DNA of 64,000 nucleotides from contig CBDCVR010000013.1 of NCBI GenBank assembly GCA_965223155.1, positions 1 through 64,000 of the forward strand. Direction: 5' to 3'. Of this stretch, positions 9,381 through 18,122 are shown one piece after another. Source of the stretch: Candidatus Multivoradales bacterium (lineage in GTDB: Bacteria > Acidobacteriota > Thermoanaerobaculia > Multivoradales > JAHEKO01). The notes beneath the pieces were generated by a model. That model did no database searches. It was not told the DNA's origin and saw only the letters and a list, made by a program, of their open reading frames with translations. Position 1 is the stretch's first letter, and the number at the start of each line of letters is the position of its first letter. The translations under genes and the position numbers were made by a program.

Positions 9381-10685
9381 ATGACTACGGCATGGCAACG
9401 TCGCTCGATCAAGAGTCGCTCTACTGGGCTTCAGGGGGGGCTTCAGGGGGGGCTTCGGGCCGTGGGGGGAGTTCTGGTCGCGAGCCTCTTCGGACTGGGA
9501 GCTTGCGCGCCCGGCGCGCCGGAGGAGGCGGCGGCGCCGGCTCCGGCCCCTGACGACGGGGCCGCGCCGTCGGCGGCCGAGCTGGCTCACGAGCTCGTCC
9601 TGATCGATACCCACATCGACGTGCCGTACCGCCTGGTCGAGGATCCGGGCGTGGACATCTCGCAACGAACCGAAGGCGGCGACTTCGATCATCCGCGCGC
9701 GGTGGCGGGCGGGCTCGACGTCGCCTTCATGTCCGTCTACATTCCGGCCAAGTACCAGGAGACGGGCGGAGCCAAGGAGCTCGCCGACGAGCTGGTGGAC
9801 ATGGTCGAGGGCTTTGCCACGTCCTGGCCCGAGAAGTTCCGGATCGTGCGCTCGGCCGAGGAGGCGGAGCTCCGCACGCCCGGCATCGTGGGGCTGGCCT
9901 TGGGCATGGAGAACGGCGAGCCCATCGAAGGCGATCTCGCCAACCTGCGGCACTACCACGACCGGGGCATCCGCTACGTCACGCTGACCCATTCCGAGAA
10001 CAACCACATCTCGGACTCGTCCTATTCGACCGAGCGCACCTGGGAGGGGTTGAGCCCGTTCGGTCGCGAGGTCGTGGCCGAGATGAACCGCTTGGGCATG
10101 ATGATCGACATTTCGCATCTTTCGGACGCCGCTGCCGAGCAGGTGCTGGAGCTCTCGGAGCAGCCGGTCATCGCCTCGCACTCCTCGCTGCGCGAGTTCA
10201 CCCCGGGTTTCGAGCGCAACTTGAGCGAAGATCTCCTGGTCAAGCTGGCCGCCAACGGCGGCGTCCTCCAGATCAATTTCGGTTCCGGCTTCTTGACCGA
10301 GGAATCCAACAAGGCGGGGCTCGCCACCTGGGCGGCGATGGACGCCTATGCCGAAGAGAACGATTTGGACTCCGACGCCCCCGAGCTCGAAGAGTTCGTC
10401 CGGCGCTACCGTCAGGAGAATCCGATGCCTCTGGCGGATCTGAATGACGTCCTCGATCACATCGATCGCGCGGTTGCCGTGGCCGGCATCGATCACGTCG
10501 GGCTGGGCTCGGATTTCGACGGCGTCGGTCCCTCTCTGCCGGACGGGTTGAAGGACGTCTCCCAGTATCCGAACCTGATCCAGGGCCTGCTGGATCGGGG
10601 CTACTCGAAGGACGAGATCGCCAAGGTCTGCGGCGGCAACCTCCTTCGGGTCTGGCGCGCGGTCGAGGCCGGCGCCGGTACCTGA
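9381..10685 (+). CDS. Membrane dipeptidase (peptidase M19), probable lipoprotein
   Basis: IDTHID, LGMENG, YVTLTHS, IDISHLS, IASHS, HVGLGSDFDG; hydrophobic stretch ending LGAC (lipobox-like); start trimmed from 8433. Confidence 0.88.
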   Translation: MTTAWQRRSIKSRSTGLQGGLQGGLRAVGGVLVASLFGLGACAPGAPEEAAAPAPAPDDGAAPSAAELAHELVLIDTHIDVPYRLVEDPGVDISQRTEGGDFDHPRAVAGGLDVAFMSVYIPAKYQETGGAKELADELVDMVEGFATSWPEKFRIVRSAEEAELRTPGIVGLALGMENGEPIEGDLANLRHYHDRGIRYVTLTHSENNHISDSSYSTERTWEGLSPFGREVVAEMNRLGMMIDISHLSDAAAEQVLELSEQPVIASHSSLREFTPGFERNLSEDLLVKLAANGGVLQINFGSGFLTEESNKAGLATWAAMDAYAEENDLDSDAPELEEFVRRYRQENPMPLADLNDVLDHIDRAVAVAGIDHVGLGSDFDGVGPSLPDGLKDVSQYPNLIQGLLDRGYSKDEIAKVCGGNLLRVWRAVEAGAGT

Positions 10686-10832
10686 GCGGCTGCCGACCGC
10701 CGGCCGTGGGGCGGTCTCCGGAGCGCCCCGGTCTTTCGACGACGCGCCGCTCGGCTACGGCCTGTGGCCGCAACCTGGGCGCGCGCGTCTCCCCGCGGAA
10801 CCGGGAAGAACGGGACCTTCCTTCCCGTCCGG

Positions 10833-11591
10833 CTAGCTAGGGTCTTCGGCGTAGTGCTCGCGCAGCGCCACGGGCTTGACCTTGGTCTTCCGCAGCCGCA
10901 GGTTGAGCATCTCCACGAAGATCGAAAAGCCCATGGCGAAGTAGATGTAGCCCTTGGGGATGTGGAAGTGGAGCCCGTCCGCCACCAGCGCGGTGCCGAT
11001 CAGGAGCAGGAAGGCCAGGGCCAGCATCTTGACCGTCGGGTGGCCCTCGACGAAGTCCGAGATGGACTTGGCGAAGATCATCATGAAGCCGATCGCGATC
11101 ACTACCGCCAGCACCATGACCGGGATGTCGTCGGCCATGCCCACGGCGGTGATCACCGAGTCGAGCGAAAAGACCAGATCCAAGAGAACGATCTGCACCA
11201 GGACGGCGCCGAAGGAGGCGATCGCTCCGGACGACTTCTCGCCGTGCACGCCTTCGAGCTTGTGATGGATCTCGTGGGTGGCCTTCGCCAGGAGGAAGAG
11301 TCCGCCCAGCAGCAGAATCAGATCGCGCCCCGAGATGCCGCGGCCCAGGACCGAGAAGATCGGTTCGGTCAACCGGACGATCCAGGCGATCGACAGGAGG
11401 AGCAGGATGCGCATGACCATCGCCAGCGTGAGCCCTACGAGCCGGCCCTTGGCCCGTTGCTCGGGACGGAGCTTGCCGGTGAGGATCGAGATGAAGACGA
11501 TGTTGTCGATACCCAGGACGATCTCGAGCGCGGTCAGAGTGACCAAAGCGATCCAGGCGTCCGGTTGATTGATCCAGTCGAGCATCGGCAT
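10833..11591 (-). CDS. TerC family integral membrane protein
   Basis: LEIVLGIDNIVFI, DLVFSLDSVITAVG, IPKGYIYFAMGFS. Confidence 0.92.
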   Translation of the reverse strand: MPMLDWINQPDAWIALVTLTALEIVLGIDNIVFISILTGKLRPEQRAKGRLVGLTLAMVMRILLLLSIAWIVRLTEPIFSVLGRGISGRDLILLLGGLFLLAKATHEIHHKLEGVHGEKSSGAIASFGAVLVQIVLLDLVFSLDSVITAVGMADDIPVMVLAVVIAIGFMMIFAKSISDFVEGHPTVKMLALAFLLLIGTALVADGLHFHIPKGYIYFAMGFSIFVEMLNLRLRKTKVKPVALREHYAEDPS

Positions 11592-11709
11592 GTACCTCCC
11601 GTCGGCGCGAGAGTATAGCTAGTTGGGGCGTCCCGGTTCGATGGGTGGGGTAACAGCCTACCCGCGGCTGCTTGTCATCCTGGGGGCGCGGCCGTAGTCT
11701 AGACCCATC

Positions 11710-12201
11710 GTGAAGACCGCACGCGCCCATGGAGTCCGCGGGGTGAGCCGTATGCTGGGAGCCGGCTTGGGTGCCGGCCTCGTTCTGCTGCACGCGGGTC
11801 TCCTCTGGCGGCGCCTGGCCGACGGCACGCTGCTCGATCCGCACGTCGCGGCTCAATGGGTAGCGACCACCTTGCTGGTGGCGGGTGCTTTGGTGCTCCG
11901 CCGTCGCGGCGGATCCTGGGTCCGGGGCCGGCGAGCCGCCGCCTTCTGGATCCTGCTCCTGCTGCTGCACGGCCTGGTCGCGCTTCCAGGCGGTCCGGGG
12001 TTTGCCGGATTGCTGCTGGCCGAGCCCTGGCTGGTGGCGGCGCCTCTGGGCACGACCCTGATCGTCGTGCTTCTGGTCTCGCTCCGGCTCTTCGGTCCGG
12101 CTCGCCGCCCGGCGGCTCAGGCCAGCCTCGTCCAGCCGGCCGGGGTCGTGCGGCTCTGGCGGCCGCTCGCGGCCGAGGCTCCTAGACCCCCGCCCGCCTA
12201 G
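11710..12201 (+). CDS. Hypothetical membrane protein
   Basis: Four hydrophobic segments; C-terminal PRPPP; fills the intergenic gap. Confidence 0.5.
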   Translation: MKTARAHGVRGVSRMLGAGLGAGLVLLHAGLLWRRLADGTLLDPHVAAQWVATTLLVAGALVLRRRGGSWVRGRRAAAFWILLLLLHGLVALPGGPGFAGLLLAEPWLVAAPLGTTLIVVLLVSLRLFGPARRPAAQASLVQPAGVVRLWRPLAAEAPRPPPA

Positions 12202-12329
12202 ACGCGCAATCCCGTCGCAAGGGAGCGCGGTCCGAGGGTCGGTTCGTCCGGCCGCCGGGCCCACAACCGACGCACCGGCCGTGAGCCGGCGGCGTTCCGG
12301 CACTCGGTGCCACGAGTCTAGGAGCCTTC

Positions 12330-13067
12330 ATGTTCGAAAACGAAATTCTGCGCGATCTCCATCAGATCGTGTTGCGCCTGCCGGCGCTTACCACGCTGTG
12401 CGCGGCCTGGTTCAGCTGGGAGCTGTTCTCCCGCTACCGGGCCAAGGGCGGCGGGCCGCATCTCCTCTGGTGGGGAATCGGAATGGTGACCTACGGCCTG
12501 GGCACGTTCACCGAAGCGTGGACGTCGTTTCTGGGCTGGCATCCCTTCGTCTTTCGATGCTGGTACGTGGTCGGGGCCTTCTTGGGCGGCTACCCGCTGG
12601 CCCAGGGATCGATCTATCTGTTGATGAACCGCAGGTTCGCGAACCTGTCGGCCTGGATCGTGTCGGGCGTCATCGCCCTCGCCTCGGTCTTCGTCTTCCT
12701 GACCCCGCTCGATACCACAGCCGCCGAGGCGCACCGGCTATCGGGAAGCGTCATCGAGTGGAGTTGGATCCGGGCCATCACGCCCTTCGTCAACATCTAC
12801 GCGCTGATCTTCCTGGTCGGCGGGGCGATCGTCTCCGCGGTCCGGTTTAGCAAGAGCGCGGCCCTGCGCCACCGCTACGTCGGCAACATCCTGATCGCCG
12901 TCGGCGCGCTCCTGCCGGGCATCGGAGGCACCTTGACCCGGGCCGGATACGTCGAGGCCCTGTACGTGACCGAGCTCATCGGTCTTCTCTTCATCTATTT
13001 CGGGTACCGCATGAACGTCGCGGGGAAGCCAGTTCCTTCGCGGCCGCGCGTTGCCCAAGAAATCTGA
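12330..13067 (+). CDS. Hypothetical ~7-TM membrane protein
   Basis: AGGAG RBS; about seven hydrophobic segments; typical high-GC codon use. Confidence 0.75.
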   Translation: MFENEILRDLHQIVLRLPALTTLCAAWFSWELFSRYRAKGGGPHLLWWGIGMVTYGLGTFTEAWTSFLGWHPFVFRCWYVVGAFLGGYPLAQGSIYLLMNRRFANLSAWIVSGVIALASVFVFLTPLDTTAAEAHRLSGSVIEWSWIRAITPFVNIYALIFLVGGAIVSAVRFSKSAALRHRYVGNILIAVGALLPGIGGTLTRAGYVEALYVTELIGLLFIYFGYRMNVAGKPVPSRPRVAQEI

Positions 13068-13091
13068 CCCTCTCCTCACGAGGAATTCATC

Positions 13092-15410
13092 ATGCTGCGA
13101 CAACTCACCAACCACTCCAAGCTGGACCTCGTCGTCCGGCACGTCCTGCTGCTCACGCTCGCTCTCCTGCTCGCTGTTGCCGGCGCCTCGGCGTCGTGGG
13201 CCGCGGGCGAGGAGGCCGAAACGGCTGGCCTATCTGATCCGGCCAATCCGACAGATCGTCCGGTCATCTTCGCCGAGACCACGGTGACCGCCACCGGTAC
13301 CGAGGTCGAGTCCTTCGAGATCGCAACCCCGGTCACGGTGCTCGACCAAACGGCGATCGAGCGGCTCATGCCGTCCAACGCGTCCGAGCTCTTGAAGTCC
13401 GAACCCGGCGTCGACATCAATGGCGTCGGCCCCAACCAGTCGCGTCCGGTCATCCGGGGCCAGCGCGGCCTTCGCGTTCTCTTTCTGGAGAACGGCCTGC
13501 GCATGAACAACGTTCGCCGGCAGACCGACTTTGGCGAGATTCCGGCCCTGGTCGATCTGGGCAGTGTCGAGGCCGTCGAAGTCGTGCGCGGTCCGGCATC
13601 GGTGCTCTACGGCAGCGACGCCATCGGCGGCGTTCTGAATCTCGTCACCAAGCGGCCGGTTCTGGCTTCCGGCTCCGGCATGACCGGCACCGTCGCCACC
13701 CGCTTCGGCACGGCCGGCGACACCCTCCGGTGGGAAGGCTCGCTGGCCCGCCAGGCGGCCAGGACGTCCTGGACGCTGGGCGGGTCCTGGCGGGATGCCG
13801 ATGCCTATGAGGCCCCGAGCGGCAGCTACGGCAACATCCGGCTCGAAGAGGATGTCGAGGTGACCGACACCGGCGTCGAAGACACGAGCCTGTTCGGAAC
13901 CGTGTCGCGCGCCTTGACGGACGGCCAGAGCCTCTTCCTGCGTTGGAACCACTACGAGGCGGAAGACACGGGCTTTGGCTTCGTCGAGCCTTCTCGCCTG
14001 ACGGGCGCCGAGAACTTCCGGATCCGGATCCTCTATCCCTTTCAGGACTTCGATCGCTGGACGCTGGGCTATGAAGGCTCGGCCTTCGACTCGGTCCTGG
14101 CCGATTCAGTCGAGCTCTACGCCTACGTCCAGAACAACGAGCGCCGTCTCGACAACGACATCGACATCAACATCGGTCCGATCTTCCCCGGAGCTCCCGA
14201 CTCGACGGTCGAGGCCGACACCCGCAACCTGACCGATCTTGAGACCTTCGGCTTGCGCTCCGAGAACGTCAAGGTCTTCGGCGACCGGCACCTCCTGACC
14301 TACGGTCTGGAGTACTTCCAAGACGATGTCGGCAACGAGGACTTCTCGACCACAACGACGACCATTCGGTTCCCGTTCCCGCCGTTTGCCGACGTCTCCG
14401 TGGCCACCGACGCCGTCGCCAACACACCCAACGCCGAACACGAGAGCCTGGGAGCGTTCGCTCAGGGCGAGCTGGCCCTGGGGGAGCGGATGACGGTGAC
14501 CGCCGGTGCCCGCTACCAGACGGTCAAGACCCGCGCGCGGCAAACGCCCGGCTGGGACGTCTCCGGCCTCGACTTCGACGAGAGCAGCGTCGTCGGCGCG
14601 CTCAACGCGCTCTACCGGCTGTCGCCCAACTGGCGCCTGTCGGCGGCTTATGGCACGGCCTTCCGGGCTCCGAATATCGTTGAACGGCTCTTCAATGGCC
14701 CGACTCCCGAGGGTGCTGGCTTCCAGCTTCTGAACCCGGCTCTCATGTCCGAGGAGAGCGAGAACGTGGATCTCGGCCTCAAGTATCGCAACGACCGGGT
14801 GCTGGTCGAGCTGGCGGCCTTCCGGAACGACATCGATGACGGTCTGATCCAGTACTTTCTGACGCCGCAGGAGGTGACGGCCTTGCCCGCTGAGCTCCAA
14901 GCGCGGATCCGCGAGAGCGGCGCCCGCTTCGTGGTCCAGCAGCGCAACGTGGATCGTCTGCGTTACGAGGGCATCGAGCTGCGGGTTGACGCCCGGGCCA
15001 GCGACGATTGGACGCTGGGCGGCAACTTCACCCATCTCGACGGCGAGCGCCTGGACAGCACCAACCCGCCGACCGGAGACACCGTCACCGACAAGTTCAA
15101 CCTCTTCGCCCGGTGGACTCCCGAGGCTCGTGACTACTGGCTCGAGTACCGGGTACGGCGCAACGGCGATGAGCGCGCCAATCTCGACCCCAACGAGCCG
15201 GTTCCGCCGATCGGTGAGATTCTGCCTGCGTTCACCGTGCACGCGCTGAGCGCCGGCTGGGTGTTCAAGACCTCGGGCGCGGGCAGCCACGAGTTGGGTC
15301 TTGTGGTGGATAACCTGACCGACGAGCTCTACGCCGAGTTCTCGAACGCGACCTTCTTCCGGCCGCAGCCGGGACGGAGCATCTGGGTGAGTTACCGCTT
15401 TCGCAGGTAG
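13092..15410 (+). CDS. TonB-dependent outer-membrane receptor
   Basis: Signal peptide, TVTAT TonB-box region, plug motif VEVVRGPASVLYGSDAIGGVLN, FRAP..NPAL, C-terminal PGRSIWVSYRF. Confidence 0.92.
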   Translation: MLRQLTNHSKLDLVVRHVLLLTLALLLAVAGASASWAAGEEAETAGLSDPANPTDRPVIFAETTVTATGTEVESFEIATPVTVLDQTAIERLMPSNASELLKSEPGVDINGVGPNQSRPVIRGQRGLRVLFLENGLRMNNVRRQTDFGEIPALVDLGSVEAVEVVRGPASVLYGSDAIGGVLNLVTKRPVLASGSGMTGTVATRFGTAGDTLRWEGSLARQAARTSWTLGGSWRDADAYEAPSGSYGNIRLEEDVEVTDTGVEDTSLFGTVSRALTDGQSLFLRWNHYEAEDTGFGFVEPSRLTGAENFRIRILYPFQDFDRWTLGYEGSAFDSVLADSVELYAYVQNNERRLDNDIDINIGPIFPGAPDSTVEADTRNLTDLETFGLRSENVKVFGDRHLLTYGLEYFQDDVGNEDFSTTTTTIRFPFPPFADVSVATDAVANTPNAEHESLGAFAQGELALGERMTVTAGARYQTVKTRARQTPGWDVSGLDFDESSVVGALNALYRLSPNWRLSAAYGTAFRAPNIVERLFNGPTPEGAGFQLLNPALMSEESENVDLGLKYRNDRVLVELAAFRNDIDDGLIQYFLTPQEVTALPAELQARIRESGARFVVQQRNVDRLRYEGIELRVDARASDDWTLGGNFTHLDGERLDSTNPPTGDTVTDKFNLFARWTPEARDYWLEYRVRRNGDERANLDPNEPVPPIGEILPAFTVHALSAGWVFKTSGAGSHELGLVVDNLTDELYAEFSNATFFRPQPGRSIWVSYRFRR

Positions 15411-15434
15411 GATCCGGCGCGGCGAGGGCTCGTC

Positions 15435-16163
15435 TTGACGCAGAGTGTTGTCACCCGCAGCTTGGGGAAACGGTTCGGTCCGAAGTGGGCCGTGGCCCAC
15501 GTCGATCTCGACCTGGACGCCGCCCAAGGGCTGCTCCTGGTCGGGGACAACGGCTCCGGCAAGACGACCCTGCTGCGCCTCCTGGCCGGGCTCTTCCGGC
15601 CGACTCTGGGTACGGTCGAGGTCTTCGGCCACCCGCCGCACAAGCCGGCGAGCCCGGCGCTCGGCCGGATGACCCTGGTCGCGCACCAGGGGTATCTCTA
15701 TGACGCGCTGACGCCCTTCGAGACTCTGCTGTTCTGGAGCCGGCTTCGAGGCGCCAAGCCCAGCGGGAAAGAGCTCGAGCGCTTGCTCGAAGAGGCCGGC
15801 CTGGCGGCCGATCGGGACACGCCGGTGCGGGGCTTCTCCGCGGGCATGCGCAAGCGCCTGAGTATCCTGCGCCTGCGGATCGAGCGGCCCGAGCTGGTGC
15901 TCCTGGACGAGCCCTTCGCCGCCCTGGACGCCGGCGGCCGCGCCTGGCTGTCGGGGGTGCTGGCCGACCTCAAGGGCGAAGGCTCGGCTCTGATCGTGGC
16001 CTCCCACGATCCCCGGCGAGCCGCGCCGCTTTGCGATCGGGCCGTGCGCATGAGTCGCGGCCAGCTGGTCTGGCAGGGGAGTCCGGCCGAGGCGGTGCCG
16101 GGGATGCCCGACCGAAACCACGGCCGCGACGATCCTCAGATCCCGACGGGCGGGCAGGCATGA
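15435..16163 (+). CDS. ccmA: Heme ABC exporter ATP-binding subunit
   Basis: Walker A GDNGSGKTT, FSAGMRKR, LLDEPF; first gene of the ccm run. Confidence 0.85.
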   Translation: MTQSVVTRSLGKRFGPKWAVAHVDLDLDAAQGLLLVGDNGSGKTTLLRLLAGLFRPTLGTVEVFGHPPHKPASPALGRMTLVAHQGYLYDALTPFETLLFWSRLRGAKPSGKELERLLEEAGLAADRDTPVRGFSAGMRKRLSILRLRIERPELVLLDEPFAALDAGGRAWLSGVLADLKGEGSALIVASHDPRRAAPLCDRAVRMSRGQLVWQGSPAEAVPGMPDRNHGRDDPQIPTGGQA

Positions 16164-16852
16164 GCGCGACCCGGTTCACCACCCAGGTGCTGTTGATCGC
16201 CCGCAAGGACTTGCTTCTGGGCTGGCGCGGCCGAACGCGGACCCTGGCCGTCGCCCTCTTCGGCATGGTGGCGCTGGTTCTGTTCTCGTTCGCCGTGGCC
16301 GCCGACGGCCAGGTGGGGGTCTCGGCCGCGGCCGGATTCCTGATCGTGGCCCTACTCTTGAGCTCGATCCTGGCGCTCGAGGAGAGCTTTCGGACCGAGG
16401 TTCAGGATCGCGCGCTTGAGGGACTCCAGCTCCTGCCGGCCGATCCGGTAGCGATCTACTACGGTAAGACGCTCGCCAATACCGTGCTGCTGTTGCTCTT
16501 GGGTCCGGTCCTGGTGCCGCTGACGGCGATCTTCTTCTCTCTCGAGCTGGACGGCGCCGGGACCCACCTCCAGATCGTGCTGCTCTGGGTTCTGGCCGCG
16601 GCCGGTATTGCCGCCCCGGGCACGCTCTACGCGGCCATGACCTCCCGGGTCACCGGCCGGGACGTGATCCTTCCGTTGCTTCTCTTTCCCCTCACGCTGC
16701 CTATCCTGATGACCGCGGTGCGCAGCTTTGACCTCATTTTGCGCGGCGACGCCATGGCCCAGTTGCCGTCCTGGCTGGCGCTCCTCGGGGCCTTCGATCT
16801 CATCTACTGGGTGCTCTGCGGGCTCCTCTTTTCACGTACACTGGAAGAATGA
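16160..16852 (+). CDS. ccmB: Heme exporter permease CcmB
   Basis: IARKDL, LPLLLFPL motifs; ATGA overlap with ccmA; start trimmed from 16031. Confidence 0.85.
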   Translation: MSATRFTTQVLLIARKDLLLGWRGRTRTLAVALFGMVALVLFSFAVAADGQVGVSAAAGFLIVALLLSSILALEESFRTEVQDRALEGLQLLPADPVAIYYGKTLANTVLLLLLGPVLVPLTAIFFSLELDGAGTHLQIVLLWVLAAAGIAAPGTLYAAMTSRVTGRDVILPLLLFPLTLPILMTAVRSFDLILRGDAMAQLPSWLALLGAFDLIYWVLCGLLFSRTLEE

Positions 16853-17535
16853 ACAAGAAGCTCATCGCGATCTTCGGGCTCCTGGGAGTAGCGCTTTTCC
16901 TGGTGGGCAGCTACATCGGGCTGGCGGTGGCGCCGCCCGAGCGCCACATGGGCGACGTCCAGCGGATCATGTACGTCCATCTGCCCAGCGCCTGGATGTC
17001 GCTTCTGACCCTGACCGCGGGCTTCGTCTTCGCGGTGCTCTATCTCTGGCGCGGTTCGATGCTCTGGGACGACTTGATGGTGGGTGCCCTCGAGGTCGGG
17101 GTCGTGCTTGGCGGGCTGCTCCTGGTTCAGGGCATGCTCTGGGGCCGGCCGACCTGGGGCATCTGGTGGACCTGGGACGTGCGCCTGACGACGTCTCTCA
17201 TCATGTTCTTGCTCTTTGCCGGCGTGCTGGCGCTTCGGGCCTTCGTCGAGGACCCCTTGCGCCGGGCCACCTGGTCGGCGGTCGCCACCGTGGTCGGCTA
17301 CGTGGACGTGCCGCTGGTCTATTTTTGCGTGCGCTGGTTCCGGAGCTTGCACCAGGTGCAGTCCTCGCCCGAGACCGTGGCCTCGGCGATGATCGTGCCG
17401 CTGCGGCTCAACTCGTTTGGCGTCCTGGCCATGGCGATCGCACTGGTGCTCTGGCGGGCGTCGATCGAGCGGCGCCGGCGAGGCCGGGGCGAAGCGCCCC
17501 CGGCGCGGTTGGAAATGGAGGCCGGGCATGCCTGA
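16849..17535 (+). CDS. ccmC: Heme exporter CcmC
   Basis: YVHLPSAW, WGRPTWGIWWTWD (WWD domain), SLHQ. Confidence 0.92.
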   Translation: MNKKLIAIFGLLGVALFLVGSYIGLAVAPPERHMGDVQRIMYVHLPSAWMSLLTLTAGFVFAVLYLWRGSMLWDDLMVGALEVGVVLGGLLLVQGMLWGRPTWGIWWTWDVRLTTSLIMFLLFAGVLALRAFVEDPLRRATWSAVATVVGYVDVPLVYFCVRWFRSLHQVQSSPETVASAMIVPLRLNSFGVLAMAIALVLWRASIERRRRGRGEAPPARLEMEAGHA

Positions 17536-17668
17536 AGGCGTCATCGTCGGAGGTTGGAACTTCGTCCTCGCGGCGTATTCGGTGACGTTTGTCGTGCTGA
17601 TCGGACACTTCGTCAGCATGTGGCGCCGCGAGCGGCAGCTCGAGCGGGAGGGGCGGCAAGATGACTAG
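17528..17668 (+). CDS. ccmD: Heme exporter CcmD-like small membrane protein
   Basis: 46 aa; WNFVLAAY plus one TM and a charged tail; sits between ccmC and ccmE. Confidence 0.7.
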   Translation: MPEGVIVGGWNFVLAAYSVTFVVLIGHFVSMWRRERQLEREGRQDD

Positions 17669-18122
17669 CTCGAGACGCCGTCTAGGCCTGGCCCTGGGGA
17701 TTGCCTTGGTCGCCGCGCTCCTGATCTTTCTCGCCGTCGGCGGCCTGGGCGAGAACCTCGTCTACTACTGGAGCCCGAGCGAGCTCGACAAGGCGGGCGC
17801 GGAGGCTCGGGACGCCACGGTTCGGCTCGGCGGCCTGGTCGCCCCCGGCTCGATAGAGCGGGGCGCGGACGGTCTCGAGCTCCGCTTCGCGGTCACCGAC
17901 GGCGAAGCGACGGTGCCGGTGCACGCGCGCACGGTGCCTCCGGCGATGTTTCGGGAGGGCATCGGCGTCCTGGTCGAGGGCCGCATGGGCGCCGACGGCG
18001 TCTTCGAGACCGAGCGGCTGATGGTCAAGCACGACAACCAGTACCAGGCTCCGGAGCAGGGTGACGAGCGCTCGATGGAGGAGCTCATCGAGAGCATGCA
18101 GTTCGAGGACGGAACCACTTGA
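17661..18122 (+). CDS. ccmE: Heme chaperone CcmE
   Basis: LVYY, VRLGGLV, PAMFREG, KHDNQY (HxxxY). Confidence 0.92.
   Translation: MTSSRRRLGLALGIALVAALLIFLAVGGLGENLVYYWSPSELDKAGAEARDATVRLGGLVAPGSIERGADGLELRFAVTDGEATVPVHARTVPPAMFREGIGVLVEGRMGADGVFETERLMVKHDNQYQAPEQGDERSMEELIESMQFEDGTT

Noticed and set aside
9426-9459. 12-bp tandem repeat GGGCTTCAGGGG near the dipeptidase 5' end
   Set aside because: In-frame and only ~2.5 copies; no evidence of phase variation.
8433-10496. Apparent long overlapping antisense ORFs (750 aa and 661 aa)
   Set aside because: Explained by two divergent genes (allE-like and M19 dipeptidase) whose frames extend upstream without stops in high-GC DNA.
11592-11709. yybP-ykoY (Mn) riboswitch expected upstream of terC
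   Set aside because: Consensus elements not found by eye.
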